Shown: piece after piece, positions 1-13,093 of the stretch
How the letters are laid out: every line of letters begins with the position of its first letter
Numbering within the stretch: the first letter of the stretch is position 1
Source: Naegleria gruberi
Lineage: Eukaryota
Assembly (NCBI GenBank): GCA_000004985.1
Contig: GG738848.1
Length of the DNA stretch: 64,000 nt
Reading direction: 5' to 3' (one strand)
Program-made: the position numbers and the translations under genes
Notes under the pieces: model-generated
What the model was told of the DNA's origin: nothing
The model's input: the letters and a program-made list of their open reading frames with translations, nothing else
Database searches by the model: none

Positions 1-138
1 GAAAATCATGCACTTGATGTGCTCTATCAAGCTTCCAAACAATTGAATGATTCCAGTAAGAATTAACATTCTAATAACAAAAATCTAATAAATTTCAATA
101 ATTTACAAAAATATTTATTTCACAATTTTTCAAATAAT

Positions 139-2097
139 TTAAGGAAGTGAACGAATCAATTCTTCTCTATTTACATTATATTGAGGGAATTCCTTATTTT
201 CCTCTCTGACGAATTGATCAGTAGCAGTTGAACTTGCATACAAATTTGGAGTTGGTTCATTAATTGCACTTTCCATTCTATTCGATTCTTCTTCAATCAA
301 ATCTGAAACATTTTCAGAAATTCCTTCAACTCTCTCAACAAATTCCAACTTTAATTCCTCACCCAAACTAGACAATGGTCCAGCACCTATCATCAAGTGT
401 GCAAATTCTCCCAAACCAACCTTTTCTTTCATTTGATATTCTTCTGGCAATTTAACTAAATATTTCGAAAGTAAATGAACAATGAAAACTTTCTGTTCGA
501 GAATGGAAAATTTGGAACCGAGACAACTTCTAGCTCCCAAACCGAATGGAAGGAAGGAGCATATTGGATGGTGACTTGAAACGTTTTCTTCTTCATGTCT
601 TTCAGTACTGCTATAATTGGCAAATCTTTCAGGATAGAATTCGTCTGATTTCTCACCCCAAAGTTCAGTATTGTAATGAATGGATTTGATAGAGAGGGCA
701 ATAGATTGGTCCTTTGAGATCTTTACTCCATCAATAATGTGAGACTTTTTGGAAACTCTATTTAACACGCCAACTGGAGGTGAAATTCTCAAATTTTCAT
801 TAATGACACAATCTAAATATGGAAGTTTGTGAAGAGTTGCCAAATCATCTAATTGTTGAATGATAAATTCACAATATTTTCCTTCTCTAATCTTGAATCG
901 ATCTGGATAGGCCTCTTTCAATTCCTTATATAGAGTGTCTTGAACTCTTTCATTCAATGCCAAATTAAGTAAAAGGAATGAAAGTGCATCTGCTGTGGTA
1001 GCATGTCCAGCAAGGAATAAAAGTAAAGTATTGTCTTTCAAGTTCTTGTCAGAGATTTTCAATGGTTCAACTTGTTCTTCTTCCTCTTCGTGAGCTGGCT
1101 CAAAGTTTGATGGGATGGCAGGTTTAGTTTCGCTTGGTTTAGGTTCATGGAATGCTTGGTTAGCTTCAATCATTAAATCCATGGCACTTTCCATGCTAGG
1201 ATGGACTACATCAATGACTCTTCTATCAACATGTTCGATTCTCTTCTTTTCAATGATGGAAGAAACAAATTCGTGCATAATTCGAATAGATTTTTCCATT
1301 CTGTGATTGTCAATAATTGGCAAGCTGGAATAAAGTTTACCACCGAGCATTCTTTCCCAACTATTGATATTCTTAAATACGAATCTGAATGCTTGAAGAA
1401 CTTTCTCATTTTGGGACGAATCTTGTGATTGACTTGTATCTGAAAGACGGAAATTTGGATCAAGATAATTAAAATCACAATCAAGAGCTGATTCACCAAT
1501 TACATCGAGTGCCATTCTACTGATAACATCTTTAATCTTGAGAGGAAACTTATTCTCAGATTGACCTTCTTTCGAATACTGTTGCAAATTAGAAACACAA
1601 TAATTGACCTTTTCTGAAAAGATATTCCAATACTTGTCTACATGTTGGAATGGAGGATTCAAAACACTTCTATTCACTTTCCATTCAGTGCCATTCATGA
1701 AAACTAAACTCTTTCCAATAAATTCTTCTTGCTGTGGAGTCCTTAATTTGCCATCCTTTGGAAAATCTTTCCAATTATCAATGAGAATGGATTTGGCAGC
1801 ATGTGCACTCGAGAATACAACAATTGGCATGTATCCTCTATAGAAAAAGACGAAAGGTTCATTATTAAACTTGTTTCTACTCAATTCGAATAGTTTTTCA
1901 CCAAGTGGTTTCTTACTCTCATAGAAAATTAATTTGATAGATTGCCAGATGGATAAATGATTCTTGAGTGCTTTTCTCGTTCTTACATCTCTAACGTAGG
2001 CATAGCAAATAGCTTCATAGAATTTTACTAAAAATAGTACTGCTATTGGGAAGACCACAAACACATTAAATACTGTTGACCAATTGATAATCATCAT
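139..2097 (-). CDS. Cytochrome P450 monooxygenase (652 aa)
   Basis: Uninterrupted ORF with ATG at 2097 (verified) and TAA stop. N-terminal membrane anchor, I-helix AGHATTA, K-helix ENLR, heme-binding FLPFGLGARSCLG (FxxGxRxCxG). There is an acidic insert before the I-helix and a ~60-aa acidic C-terminal tail. Confidence 0.85.
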   Translation of the reverse strand: MMIINWSTVFNVFVVFPIAVLFLVKFYEAICYAYVRDVRTRKALKNHLSIWQSIKLIFYESKKPLGEKLFELSRNKFNNEPFVFFYRGYMPIVVFSSAHAAKSILIDNWKDFPKDGKLRTPQQEEFIGKSLVFMNGTEWKVNRSVLNPPFQHVDKYWNIFSEKVNYCVSNLQQYSKEGQSENKFPLKIKDVISRMALDVIGESALDCDFNYLDPNFRLSDTSQSQDSSQNEKVLQAFRFVFKNINSWERMLGGKLYSSLPIIDNHRMEKSIRIMHEFVSSIIEKKRIEHVDRRVIDVVHPSMESAMDLMIEANQAFHEPKPSETKPAIPSNFEPAHEEEEEQVEPLKISDKNLKDNTLLLFLAGHATTADALSFLLLNLALNERVQDTLYKELKEAYPDRFKIREGKYCEFIIQQLDDLATLHKLPYLDCVINENLRISPPVGVLNRVSKKSHIIDGVKISKDQSIALSIKSIHYNTELWGEKSDEFYPERFANYSSTERHEEENVSSHHPICSFLPFGLGARSCLGSKFSILEQKVFIVHLLSKYLVKLPEEYQMKEKVGLGEFAHLMIGAGPLSSLGEELKLEFVERVEGISENVSDLIEEESNRMESAINEPTPNLYASSTATDQFVREENKEFPQYNVNREELIRSLP

Positions 2098-2243
2098 TCC
2101 CTTTGCTTTTTTTATGTGGAAATTTTTAGAAATCCATCAATAAAACTTTTTCATTTAAACACATCATGTTTCAAATTTGGAAAATATTCAAAAATGGAAA
2201 TTATAAAAATAGGTAAATTGGTTCTAGTAATTTTCCAAATATT

Positions 2244-2855
2244 TTAATATTTCAAAAATACTCCGAAAGGGAACGCTAATAGGGATAATAATGCAACATG
2301 TCTTTTAGCATTATCCCTTCCAATCACACTCAAATATAAAATTACAATACAAATCAACTCTATCGATGCAATAAACCATCCAAACATGCAAAACCAAACA
2401 AAATTACTCAAAATCATTAATAAACTCGTCTTTTCTCTCATAAACATTTGATCTTTGATAAATCCAATCGATCGTTCCTCAATTGACTTGTATTTTCTGT
2501 AGGGTTTCGATTTCTTTACGTTGAATAGAAGAAACTTGGCAATTTTCATCAATTGTAACGAACAAGGTAAACAAATCAATAGACAAGATAATATCCAACA
2601 CACAGAACACAAACCAAAAAAGATGAATGTAATAAATCCTAATCCTAAACTCAACCATCGACAATCCACTTGTGCATCTTGTTTTTGATGTTCTTCTTGT
2701 TGTTGTTGTTCTTTTTCTGACGATGGTTGAGGATCTTTTGTGTGATATTCAATGGTGGTGGACATTTCCTGCAATTCAATCTTGTCTTCATCAACATCCA
2801 TCTCCGAAGAAGAGGCATGTTGATCAACGTGAGCTGTATCTGATGATGCGGCCAT
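2244..2855 (-). CDS. Hypothetical polytopic membrane protein (203 aa)
   Basis: ATG at 2855 verified. Acidic/Q-rich N-terminus followed by about four hydrophobic, Cys-rich segments. No recognisable catalytic motif. Confidence 0.4.
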   Translation of the reverse strand: MAASSDTAHVDQHASSSEMDVDEDKIELQEMSTTIEYHTKDPQPSSEKEQQQQEEHQKQDAQVDCRWLSLGLGFITFIFFGLCSVCWILSCLLICLPCSLQLMKIAKFLLFNVKKSKPYRKYKSIEERSIGFIKDQMFMREKTSLLMILSNFVWFCMFGWFIASIELICIVILYLSVIGRDNAKRHVALLSLLAFPFGVFLKY

Positions 2856-2973
2856 TTTTTTATTCTACTTGTTACAATCATATCCATTATCATCCACAGT
2901 TTCATTGTTCGATTCTAATTGATGTGGGAGGGTTTATGACAATATGTTGGAGACTGTAAAGAGGGAATGTGAA

Positions 2974-5900
2974 CTAGAGTCGTAATGAATCTTCATCATC
3001 GACTCGTTCTGCATTTTCAGAATGTTCTGAGGGTTCTGATTCGAGCATTCCCATTTCCATTCTCATGTTTTTCACGAGCATTGTTTCATCTTCTTCATTG
3101 AGGCGTGCTCTCAAGTGGTACATGTCATTGAGTAGGTAACCAAGCATGGATCCTTTTCCTTTAACTTCAAGCTTTCGTTCCTCAAATTCCATTTGTAAAT
3201 GTTTAACTCTTTCGTAGGTTGATTGTGATACTTGAATTCTTCCCTCCTCTGAATTTGATTCCATTCTTGAAGCAACATTGATGGTATCTCCCCATAGATC
3301 GAATGCAAACTTTTTGAAACCAATTACACCACCAACAACTTGACCAGTATTGATACCAATTCTGATTCATAATTGAAATTAATGAACAGTAATAAGAAAA
3401 CTAATAATTATTAACAAACTACTTACCTAACATTCAATTGTTGAGTAGAAATTGGTTTTGGATCATCTCTGCAAAATATTTGAAGAGCTTCTTTGTATCG
3501 ATTTGTGTTAATGTCTCTCACCACTGAGAAAGTTTCCATAGCAAATTGGAGAACAACTTCTGGGTGAGTCACTCCTCCATCCAATCCACCACAACAAAAG
3601 TAAGAATCACCTATAGTTTTGATCTTTTCTATATTGTACTTTTCAGTCAACTTATCAAATCCGTTCACAACATTTCCAAGTAACAAGACAACGTCTTGAG
3701 GGTTGAGAATAGAAGAAATTTCTGTAAATCCAATCATGTCCGTAAATAAACAAGTAATGTCAGGAAGCTTCTCTGCAATAAATGTTTCTCCCTAGTATTA
3801 TTATTATTATTATTAAATATTGAAAAACTAGTATAACAACTTACATTCATCAATCTTTGGGCAATCTTGGTTGGGAGAATATTTCTCAATAAATTTTCAG
3901 AAGTCTTTTTTTCTTCAGCAAGTGCAATTGCTTGCTTTCTCTCAAGTGTTATATCCTTAATGATAAATAAAAAAAAAACTTTCGAATCAATCATGGCCCA
4001 CGATATATTCACTTTGGCTGGAAAACATGATCCATTCTTCTTCACACAATCCAATTCTAAAGTTTCTCCTCTGATTGTAGTACTGGCTGTTATAGAAGTC
4101 ATGGCTTCAAAGATATTGCCAAGCTTTTCCTGACTTGCCGTATCAAATAAATTGAAAACAGACAAACCAACAACGTCATTGACATTTCTCAAGAATAAAA
4201 GTCTTGCTGCAGGGTTGTAAATCTCAATATCAAAATCACTGTTGCAGTACAACACTCCATCTACTGCAGTGTTGAAAATACTCTTTACCTTATCCTTTTC
4301 TTCTTCTTTTTGTTGTTGACTGCTCTTATTCTTCTTACTCTTATTTATCTGATTGTAGAGAACGAAGTCACGAATTTCATCTTTGGCATCCAAATATTCA
4401 ACTTTAACATAGTTCAACATCATTCTCAAAGTTTGAAATTCATTAAAGTGAGCATCAAGTGATAGGAACAATAAATATGCAGTGAATGGAATTGTTAGTA
4501 AACCAAGAACTCCAAATATAATGCTAACCAGAGACGACGTATTGTTTTGAAGTGCCTCAATATAAATATTCAAAAATATTTCAATATCATCAGTAAGCTG
4601 GCTACAAATTGAGTATATTCCTGTGTAAAATTCACTAAATGTTTTGAGAGGGTCTACTGTAGTTGTTCCAAATACTTGATTAACTATTGACAACTCAACC
4701 AAGAACAAATTCACCATATCATTCAAACTGGAACAGGCTGCATGAGAAGTTGAGGTTCTATTGGAGCAGTTTCCAGTACCGCTTATAATTTCATCAACCT
4801 CAGAAAACATGCCTATGAGTGGTTTTTCACCATTTTCCTTGTCTCCATATATCAGCTTGTTCCACAACACATTCAAATTCAACCCAATCTCACCAATGCC
4901 ATCGTGCAGTTTTACAAGATCTGCATTGGAAAGTAGTGCAGGGTTGTTTGCAGTGGTATTCGGAAGTAACTTGAATGTTATCAATTCCCCAATACTAAAC
5001 ACTCCTTTCTGTGCATAATTTGAAATTTTTACAGACTTGGCAATACTCTTCATAATTAATTCTGATTCTGAAGAAGTGCTGAAAGCCTCCAGGTAAAAAA
5101 TAGATACACAGAGTGCGGATAAAGCTATCAATAATATAGAGAGGAATGTGAAAGTATAGGATGGATTGCTAAGGTAATCAGATATTGAGCTGCCACTGTC
5201 GACTGATTCTTGATTTTTGGTTGTCAATTGTTGGTAGAGTTTGATAATAACATCTTTTGGAATGTTCCTCTCCACCAGTTTGATTGCTTGTTTAAGTGAA
5301 CGCACAACTACGAAAAACATAACAATAGAAAATGCAAACACCATTAACATTGCAATCAGGCAAGATATGTAGAAATATCTAAATATCAATTCCGTTTCAT
5401 AAACAGTGGCATAATTTCTATCAACAATGTGTAAGCAGTATTGTTGGTAATTTTGAAGAATGGTATCTCTATTGAGCCACAAGTACATGAACTTAAAGTT
5501 GGTAACTGTGGCATTAAACTCTTCAAGACCGTACTTTTTGAATTCTCTTGCTATTTGAATTAGAAGATTAGTGTTGAGGGCAATTGAGGAATTAGATACA
5601 TCTACACCAGTAAATTCGTCATTATTAGTATCTAAAATATGTGGAATGTTAAACGTATGGCTGTCTGAAGAATAATCATGGAAAATATCATTAGTAAAGG
5701 AGCCATCAAGAGCCATTTCCTCTAAAACTTTGAGACCGTGAATAACTTTGTCCAATCTTTCCTTGTGAATATGGTTGTAGCTAGTGTAGTTGTAAATTCC
5801 TTTTGCTTCCAAAGATAAAGTACTAAGTTTTGTGTTGCCATCAATAGTTGCCAAGACTTGAAACATTTGCTCTATTCTATTTTCAATCAATAAATATGAA

Positions 5901-8242
5901 ATATCAACACTAGGAAGACAATTAGCAATAATTGTAGGCATATCTTTTGTGGAAGCCACAAGAGCATAATATCCAAATCCAAAACAAGCAACAAATGTTA
6001 AAAAAGAAACTACTACAAATATCAGTACCACTATATACGTTGCCTTGTTATCCCCTGAGGTAGCCAAGGCCATTCTGAACAGACCCTCCTTCCTTACTTC
6101 TGGATCTTCTGAAGCTTCATTAATCAAGTTCAATATTTCAGGAGTCTCTTCCGTCATTTCTTTTGTGGTAGAGTTTTCTGCAGTAAGTTTGTTAGTGCTC
6201 TCCATGACAGACTTTCTAAATGATATGAGTTTTGATGCTGTTGACATGGAAGACAAGGGGCTTTTGGCATTAGAGGGAACAGTTGATGCTGGGCTTTTCA
6301 CTGGTGATGAGATGGTTCCTATTACTTTTCCTTCCTTCCTTTCTTCTTCATCTTCAATCTCATTGGCTTCTTGATACAACTCTTGAGCTCTGATATTGTT
6401 AAATATTACCAGTTCAAGAAATCGTGCATATAATCTTAGAACTGATTTATCGCCACCAAAATCTTTCATCAAATTCTCAAAGGTTATTTCTGACTCAACA
6501 GTTAGTTGGGTAATTCTTCTGTTGATTGTAATAACAGTACCAAAATTGACCATTTCATTGGTCATTTCCTTCCAAAGCGCTTTGTGCCAAGATAGGATTG
6601 TATGGTGTTGTCTTTCCAAGTTGGCTAAAATATGCTTCACATCCACAAAACTAATACCAGAACCTTCACCTGATTTTTTGTGCAGTAAGGTTTCCATTTC
6701 TTTCAATTTTTCTTTCAAAATAAATTCTGTTATAATATTGAGTTTGTGTCTCTTGATTTTCTTCAATAAAGCGAGAGAATATTCATAACAGTTGGTGCCT
6801 TCATTCCAGAAATAAGCGGTTGTCATTGCTGCAGCAACGATATTTTCAGGATAGGAGAAGGAACGATGTTGAGCCACTCCTTTGATGAATGAGATGCAAA
6901 TCTCATTGTCACTTAGACCCAAAGCATCATTTAAAAGTTTCGTCTTTCTACTTGATAATCTAAAGAAAATGTATAATTGTCTAATTCTTTTTTGATCTTC
7001 CAATTCCTTGAAGAAAGAGTAACTTTCTCTTTCAAATAAATGCCTCAATTCTGATATTTGTTCCTCGCTGGCAGTATATTCGACTCCATTTTCCAAAAGT
7101 TTTACCAATGAATTCTCCAAGCAACCAATGAAACCCCTCCTTATGGAATAATATGATACACCAAGATAAATGGTCATTGCTGCAAAACCAATAAAAAATC
7201 CAATTATTGCCAGTCCAATTGATGTACTAATCATTCCTAGTCCAATTTCTAAATCTTGTTTTTGATTAATGAAAGAGGAAATGAGAGGACCTAAACTTGT
7301 ACCAATTTTAGAAAAGACAATACCACTCATAAAACCATTCTCTGATAGAGAATAGTGAGGTATGAGGAAGAAAATAGATGGAACCAAAGTTGTAGAGAGA
7401 ACAATATGAACTATAGCCCTCACAAATACCATATCATTTGGAATAGCATACATGACAATTACTTGCAACTGAGATGTTGCCATAAAGTGAGCAATAAAGA
7501 ATGGACTCTCTGAAATGAATACAGATTTGCTTTTGAGATGGGTATTTGTAATGATGAGATTATACATTGCAGTTACTGGTACCAGTACAACTGCCATAAC
7601 AATACAAGTAACCAAAAGTGCAATATTAGTTGGTGAGTAGCACATTTTGGTTGGAAATCTAGAAAGAGCATACTGATCTATTGTGTATCCTTCAAAGAAC
7701 TTCTTTCCTGACACTCTATCACAATCCACAAATGATGTCAGCAAGTACGGTATTGTAAGATGACCAAAAAAGCAAGCAAAAGCAACAATCTTCAACAAGG
7801 TTCTAAAGGTTTTCATATTCCTACTAGCTGTCATGGCTGCCTTTGCAGTTGTAATAAACAAAACCAAAGCAGCAAGAATAAACACCATACAAACAACTGT
7901 TATTGCAATCATTGCCTCATACGTAATCAAATCTAAGGAAAAAGTAATTGGATAATTCAAAGCTTTTGAAATCCATAATCCATATTCTCCCCATCCATAA
8001 TCACCCATTACTGATATGCTAACGGCTCCATAACATGAATATAATACAACGAGCAAGTTGAGGATGAAATTCTTCCATGATTTCTGAGGTGCTTTGTCAG
8101 TCATGACAATTATTCTATTCAGCAAGGCATCCTTAACTTTGACAATATTCTGTCTCCTCGATAAATAACCTGAAGATGAGGAGGAGCTACTAGAATTATG
8201 AGAAGAACTCTGATAATCGGAGTGATGCCTAAAGTCAATCAT
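2974..8242 (-). CDS. Polytopic membrane protein with PAS domain and class III adenylyl/guanylyl cyclase catalytic domain (about 1720 aa; 3 exons: 8242..3845, 3791..3427, 3361..2974)
   Basis: ATG at 8242 verified, TAG stop at 2974. Exon 1 encodes roughly 10 TM helices, a long cytoplasmic region and a PAS-like fold just upstream of the cyclase. Two introns with GTAAGT donors and AG acceptors (3792..3844, 53 nt; 3362..3426, 65 nt). The spliced product reads LMN|GETFIAEKLPDITCLFTDMIGFTEI...KTIGDSYFCCGG...NV|R|IGINTGQVVGGVIGFKKFAFDLWGDTINVASRMES, the canonical cyclase metal-binding Asp, transition-state N/R and dimerisation motifs. Confidence 0.8.
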
Positions 8243-8730
8243 GATGTAATGGAGGCTTTTTTAAAGTTTTATGACTCTAGAGCAGATTTAACTAACCACC
8301 AATTAAACAACCAATCACTGGCCATCATCTTGTGAGCTTCTCTGTTTTTTAAGCAAGCTTGACATGAGTTGATGGCTGCTGTAAATTATTATTCCCGCTA
8401 TAAAATAAATATAAAATTAAACATCAAAAGTTGGAGATAATTAACAGCAGTACAATTGGAAGTTTGGTTGGCCAAAATGGTCAGGCACTAATTGTGGCAA
8501 AATTGTTCCGAACTGACTCTGTTTTTATATCGTTTTAACATTTTTTTTAATTATTTAATCATGGTATATTTAATATTTAATATTTTAATTTCAATAGATT
8601 GATTTATATTAAACCTTAAATCAATTAATCAATTACTTGTGTCTAATTACATAATTTAATGTTAAATTGAAAAAGCGAATCAACATCCACCTGTCTTACA
8701 TGTCACTAATCATAAAAACACACAAAAAAA
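8243..8730. promoter_or_regulatory. Shared divergent promoter region between the cyclase (-) and the NLR-like gene (+)
   Basis: 488-bp AT-rich intergenic segment between two head-to-head ATGs. A-rich tract immediately 5' of the + strand ATG (cacaaaaaaaATG). Purely positional inference. Confidence 0.3.
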
Positions 8731-11700
8731 ATGTCATCCTCAAATCTTGCTGAAACTGATGCAGCAGCAAGTGACACATCAAAATCATCGTCATTAACAT
8801 CTAACCTCCTTCCTCTCCTGGACCAACTTTCTCAATATGCCCTCGATCTCTCACAAAACAAAATCTTTACCACCTCACTCTGTGATTACATTCAAAGTGC
8901 CTCACAACAAGTTTTCCTCTATGAAAAACTTGTTCAAACCAATCCAGATAATCCCTTCATTGCAACAATGAATTATTCCGATGTTCAACGTGTAGCCGAT
9001 GCCCTTCATGAGGCTTGCATCTACTTGATGGAAGTTCTCGGCAAGGATCCACAATTCTCTCGAAAGGAAGACGCTCAAAACGATTACATGTTTGAGCGGG
9101 AAGATCGTGAACAAGTGGGAATGATGAAGGTGCGTACCTTAAATATCATTGAAACGACGCGAAAAGCCAATACCAACTCGCTCAACGAGGTGCAAAAGAG
9201 AAAAAATTTACAGGCGCAACAAGTCTTTCAATTCGATTTGCACGCTCGTTTGTATAACTCAAAGAATGGTGTTGTTCAACCTGAGGAATTGACCAATGAT
9301 TCGAGAACATTCCACACCATCGGAAATGAAAATAGTGGAGGAAGAGATTCATTGATGAAAAAATTGTTTCACGTCTTGAATAATCAAATTGCTCAACAGA
9401 AGGAACATCAGGCTCAACAACAAGCTTTGGCTGAGAAGGGAAAGGCTGTTATTAGTGCAGCTGATAGTTTGGCTAGAAATTCTGCTCAGAGATTAAAGGT
9501 TATTCTTGTGAATGGTGTTACTGGTGTTGGTAAAAGTAATTTCTGTAATACCATTTGTAGAGAATTATGTGATCAAAATCCTGATACCATTCAAAGAAAA
9601 TTCCATTTGAGATTGAGAGCAAATACTAAATTTTCTCTCACTGTAAGTTTTCAAAGATATTCACAAGTTTTAAATTTATTCTATTTCTAATAACTATTGT
9701 ACTTAACTGATAATGAACTGATTGGATAATTTATTGAATTGTAATAATACTATTTTGGAATTTTTCAAAAATTAGACAACAGAAGCCATGCAATATGTTG
9801 TTCAAACATGGCACGTTGGACCATTGCCAATTCATGAAAAACAACTTCGTGAATTGTATCAACAATCTTTTATTGGTGTGACAACAATTCTCTATTTGGA
9901 AGATCCAAGTAATATCCATCAAATTTTGGCTCTCTTACCAAATATTAAATATTCTCCATCCAGTCGTGCATTTGTTGTCATTAGTTCTAGATCACAATTG
10001 AAATTGGAATTTGATAGATTCTCAAAGGGTTATATTGACCTTGTAACTGACTCTGGTGTCAAACAAATTAGAGATAGAATTGTTGAGCTCGATACTGCCA
10101 ATACTGAAGGTAGTATTGCTGCTGATCAACATGATTTGGATAATTTTTCTGATCACGAATCTGACTTTGAAAGTGATGATGAAAGTAGTGGAGAAAGTGA
10201 TGAGGAAGAAAAGCCAACCAAAGCAGGTAAAAATGACAAGTATCACATTAAAAAGACTCCACAACAGAAAAAGATGGAAAAGGAACTCAAATCAATCTTT
10301 GGTAGTACCAAGAAGAAGACATTTGCCATTCACATTGGTATCAAGGATGACGATGAAAAAATTCCAGTCTTCCAAAGACACTTTGATGTTATTTATTGTA
10401 CATTGGAACCACTAAGTTTTGATGGAGGTGCTGAAATGATGCAACACCTCAACCCACAACTCCAAAGTGACGAGACAAGATCTGTCTCTGCTTTGGCTGA
10501 AAATTTACCAATATTTATCAAAGTTCTCACCAGATCTCAAATGCTCTATGGGGGTGACCTGTCTGATTACTCATTTGCTATTGGTTCATTCATGGATAAG
10601 TATGGCAACACTGATTTCCCACAATTGAGAAAACTTTGTCAAGGTTTCTTTATTGGTATCTGTGAAAAGTGGGACAAACAACTCAGAAATTTTGCACTCA
10701 AACTCTCAATCTTCCCATTCTCTTTTGATGCTGTCAGTGTTGGACTCGTATTGGAAACTCCTCTCAATGAAACATTACGCTACCTCCAATATTTGATCTT
10801 CTTTGGTTTGATTGTTCAGTGTGAACCTGGTAGATTTAGTATGCATGACTTGGTCAGAGATACCTTCCAAATTTACAAGGATGAAGAAATGAGCGATAGA
10901 GATCCACTTAAGAATGATATTGCCGAATGTGAGGAAAGATATGTCCAACACTATTTCAACTTGTTGAGATTATACAATATGCAACATGAATACTCTGGTA
11001 TTATTTACATGCCTGGTCCTGAAAGGTATGACATGGATATTGAAAATATGAAATATGTTGTTGAATTTTTGAAAGATTTGGGCAATACTGACTATGTTGA
11101 TGCTCTTAACACTGGTAGATATATTTTCAGAAATTCAATCTATGCTATTGATAGAGGTCGTCTCTACACATTCCTTGAGAGCAGTGCCGCAGTCGATAAA
11201 CTCCCTGATGATTTTGGAAAGGCCAACTTTTTCGAAGGTTTTGCCATGATTTACTTTGATTTGATGGATCACAAGAATGCCTACATTAAGGCAAAGAAGG
11301 CCCTCGATTTATTAGAGAATGCTTGTATTTTGAGTGATGTACCAAGTGACGAACTCAAACAATTACCAGTACTTCTTCTTGCTGGTGAAATTGCCTTTAG
11401 ACAAAATCAACAAGATATTGCTCTCAGATTCTTTGAAAAGATGGTTACTCTTGCCAATAAGTATGCTCACGACTGGCAAAAGATTACAGTGGAAAAGAGT
11501 AGTGATCCGTTTGCTATCGTACAAGGTTTTGAGGAAAATGAAGTAATTGTCAAGGATATTTTTATTGGAAAGTCTTATATTTGCCAAGCCAAGATTTACA
11601 TGCAAAGAGGTGATGTCAAGAATGGTAAAAAGTTCTTTGAAAGAGGTCTCACCATTATGCAACGTATTTACCATCGTTACCATCCATTTATCAGTGATGC

Positions 11701-13093
11701 TTTTGCTTCCTATGCTCAACTTCTTCGTGATTTCAAATCAAGTCAGTACTATGAAGACATTTGCAAGTACTATAAGGATGCTATTGAAATTGATACCAAG
11801 ATTTTTGGTGAAGATTCATTCTCTGTTTGTGAAAAGTTGGATGGCTATGCTGTTGCTCTCTTGATGCAAAACAATTACGAAGCTGCCGAACCAATTTTCC
11901 AAAAGACCCTCATTACTAGAAAGAGGTTCTTTGGTGAGAATGACATTACTGTCAGTTCAACCCATAACAACTTGGCTGTCTGTTTAAAGCACTTGAGAAA
12001 GGCCGATGAAGCCAAGATTCATTATGAAGCCTCTCTCAATATTTTGACTGACTTGTTTGGTCCAAATGACTCTAGAGTTGCTACTATCAAGACCAATGTT
12101 GCCAAACTAAAGTTGGAATTCTCAGAATCATATGAAGACGCTGAAAAGACTTTCCAAGAAGCTCTTGAAACATTGAAAGATGAGAATATCCATGAAAAGG
12201 GACGTCAAATGGCCAGTACATTGAACAGTTTGGGTGATGCTTCTCGTCAAAGGCAAGACTATACAAAGGCTCTCGAATACTATGAACAAGCTATGGCTAT
12301 ATTGGAAGAAGTTAAAAAGAAGGCCAATACTGAGAGTACTGAATATTCTGAAGTTATTTCTGAGAGTGTGAAAATTCTCCTCAGTATGTCCAACTTGCAC
12401 TACGACAAACAAGAGTACAAACAAGCTGAAGAATTATTGGAACGTGGTTTGGAAATTATTCAGAAACATCTTGGTGGCGAGAACCATCCTCTCTATCCAA
12501 ACTATCTCAGTTTGGCAGCCAATACCAAACTTAACAAGAAGGATTATTCAGGCGCTGAAGAATACTATCATAAGGTTATTGAAATGAAGATTAAGCAAAA
12601 GTTACCTCCAACAGGTATTATGCCAACAAATCAATCTTTGGCTGTCTGTTTGGATCGTCAAGGTAAATATGCTGAAGCTATTGAACAATACCAAAAGGTC
12701 TTGAACATTCTCAATGAAAGCTTTAAGGATGATTTGGATAAGCAAATCTCAGTCATTAGAGCTATTGCAAGTGCCAGTACAAAGAAGGAACCAAAGGATT
12801 TTGCTACTGCTGAAAAGTACTTTGCCGATGTTGAAAAGTTAATTGTTAAAAAGACTGGCTCTGACAATAATATTGAATATGGTGAAATTATGAGTGATTT
12901 GGGAGCTTGTAGAATTCAATTACAAAAGTATGAAGATGCCATTCTGAACTTTGCAACCTGTGAAAGAATCTTTTCTGAATTCTTTGGAGACAATCATGAC
13001 AAGACCATTACTGCCAGAGAAAATGTTCAAAACTTGAGAACTCTTATGCAACAACAAAACATCAAGCAAGGATGCCCATGTACATTAATGTAA
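8731..13093 (+). CDS. NB-ARC/STAND P-loop NTPase with C-terminal TPR array (NLR-like; about 1409 aa; exons 8731..9642 and 9776..13093)
   Basis: ATG at 8731 verified. Exon 1 ends in phase 0 at ...FSLT|gtaagt. A 133-nt intron leads to acceptor attag|ACAACAGAAGCC, in frame with ORF 9788. Motifs: P-loop KVILVNGVTGVGKSNF, Walker-B-like TTILYLEDP, TTR-like FVVISSRS, MHD motif GRFSMHDLVRD, then repeated kinesin-light-chain-type TPRs (e.g. NLAVCLKHLRKADEAKIHYEASLNI). The ~250-aa N-terminal domain is of unknown type. C-terminus is ...QGCPCTLM, a CaaX-like box. Confidence 0.8.

Noticed and set aside
456-7000. Numerous short antisense or out-of-frame ORFs inside large genes (for example 456..701, 1115..1499, 3867..4133, 4761..5018, 6045..6788, 10022..10415, 21294..21795, 51530..59384)
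   Set aside because: They overlap well-supported long ORFs on the opposite strand or in other frames. They have low-complexity composition, no domains, and often non-ATG 'starts'.
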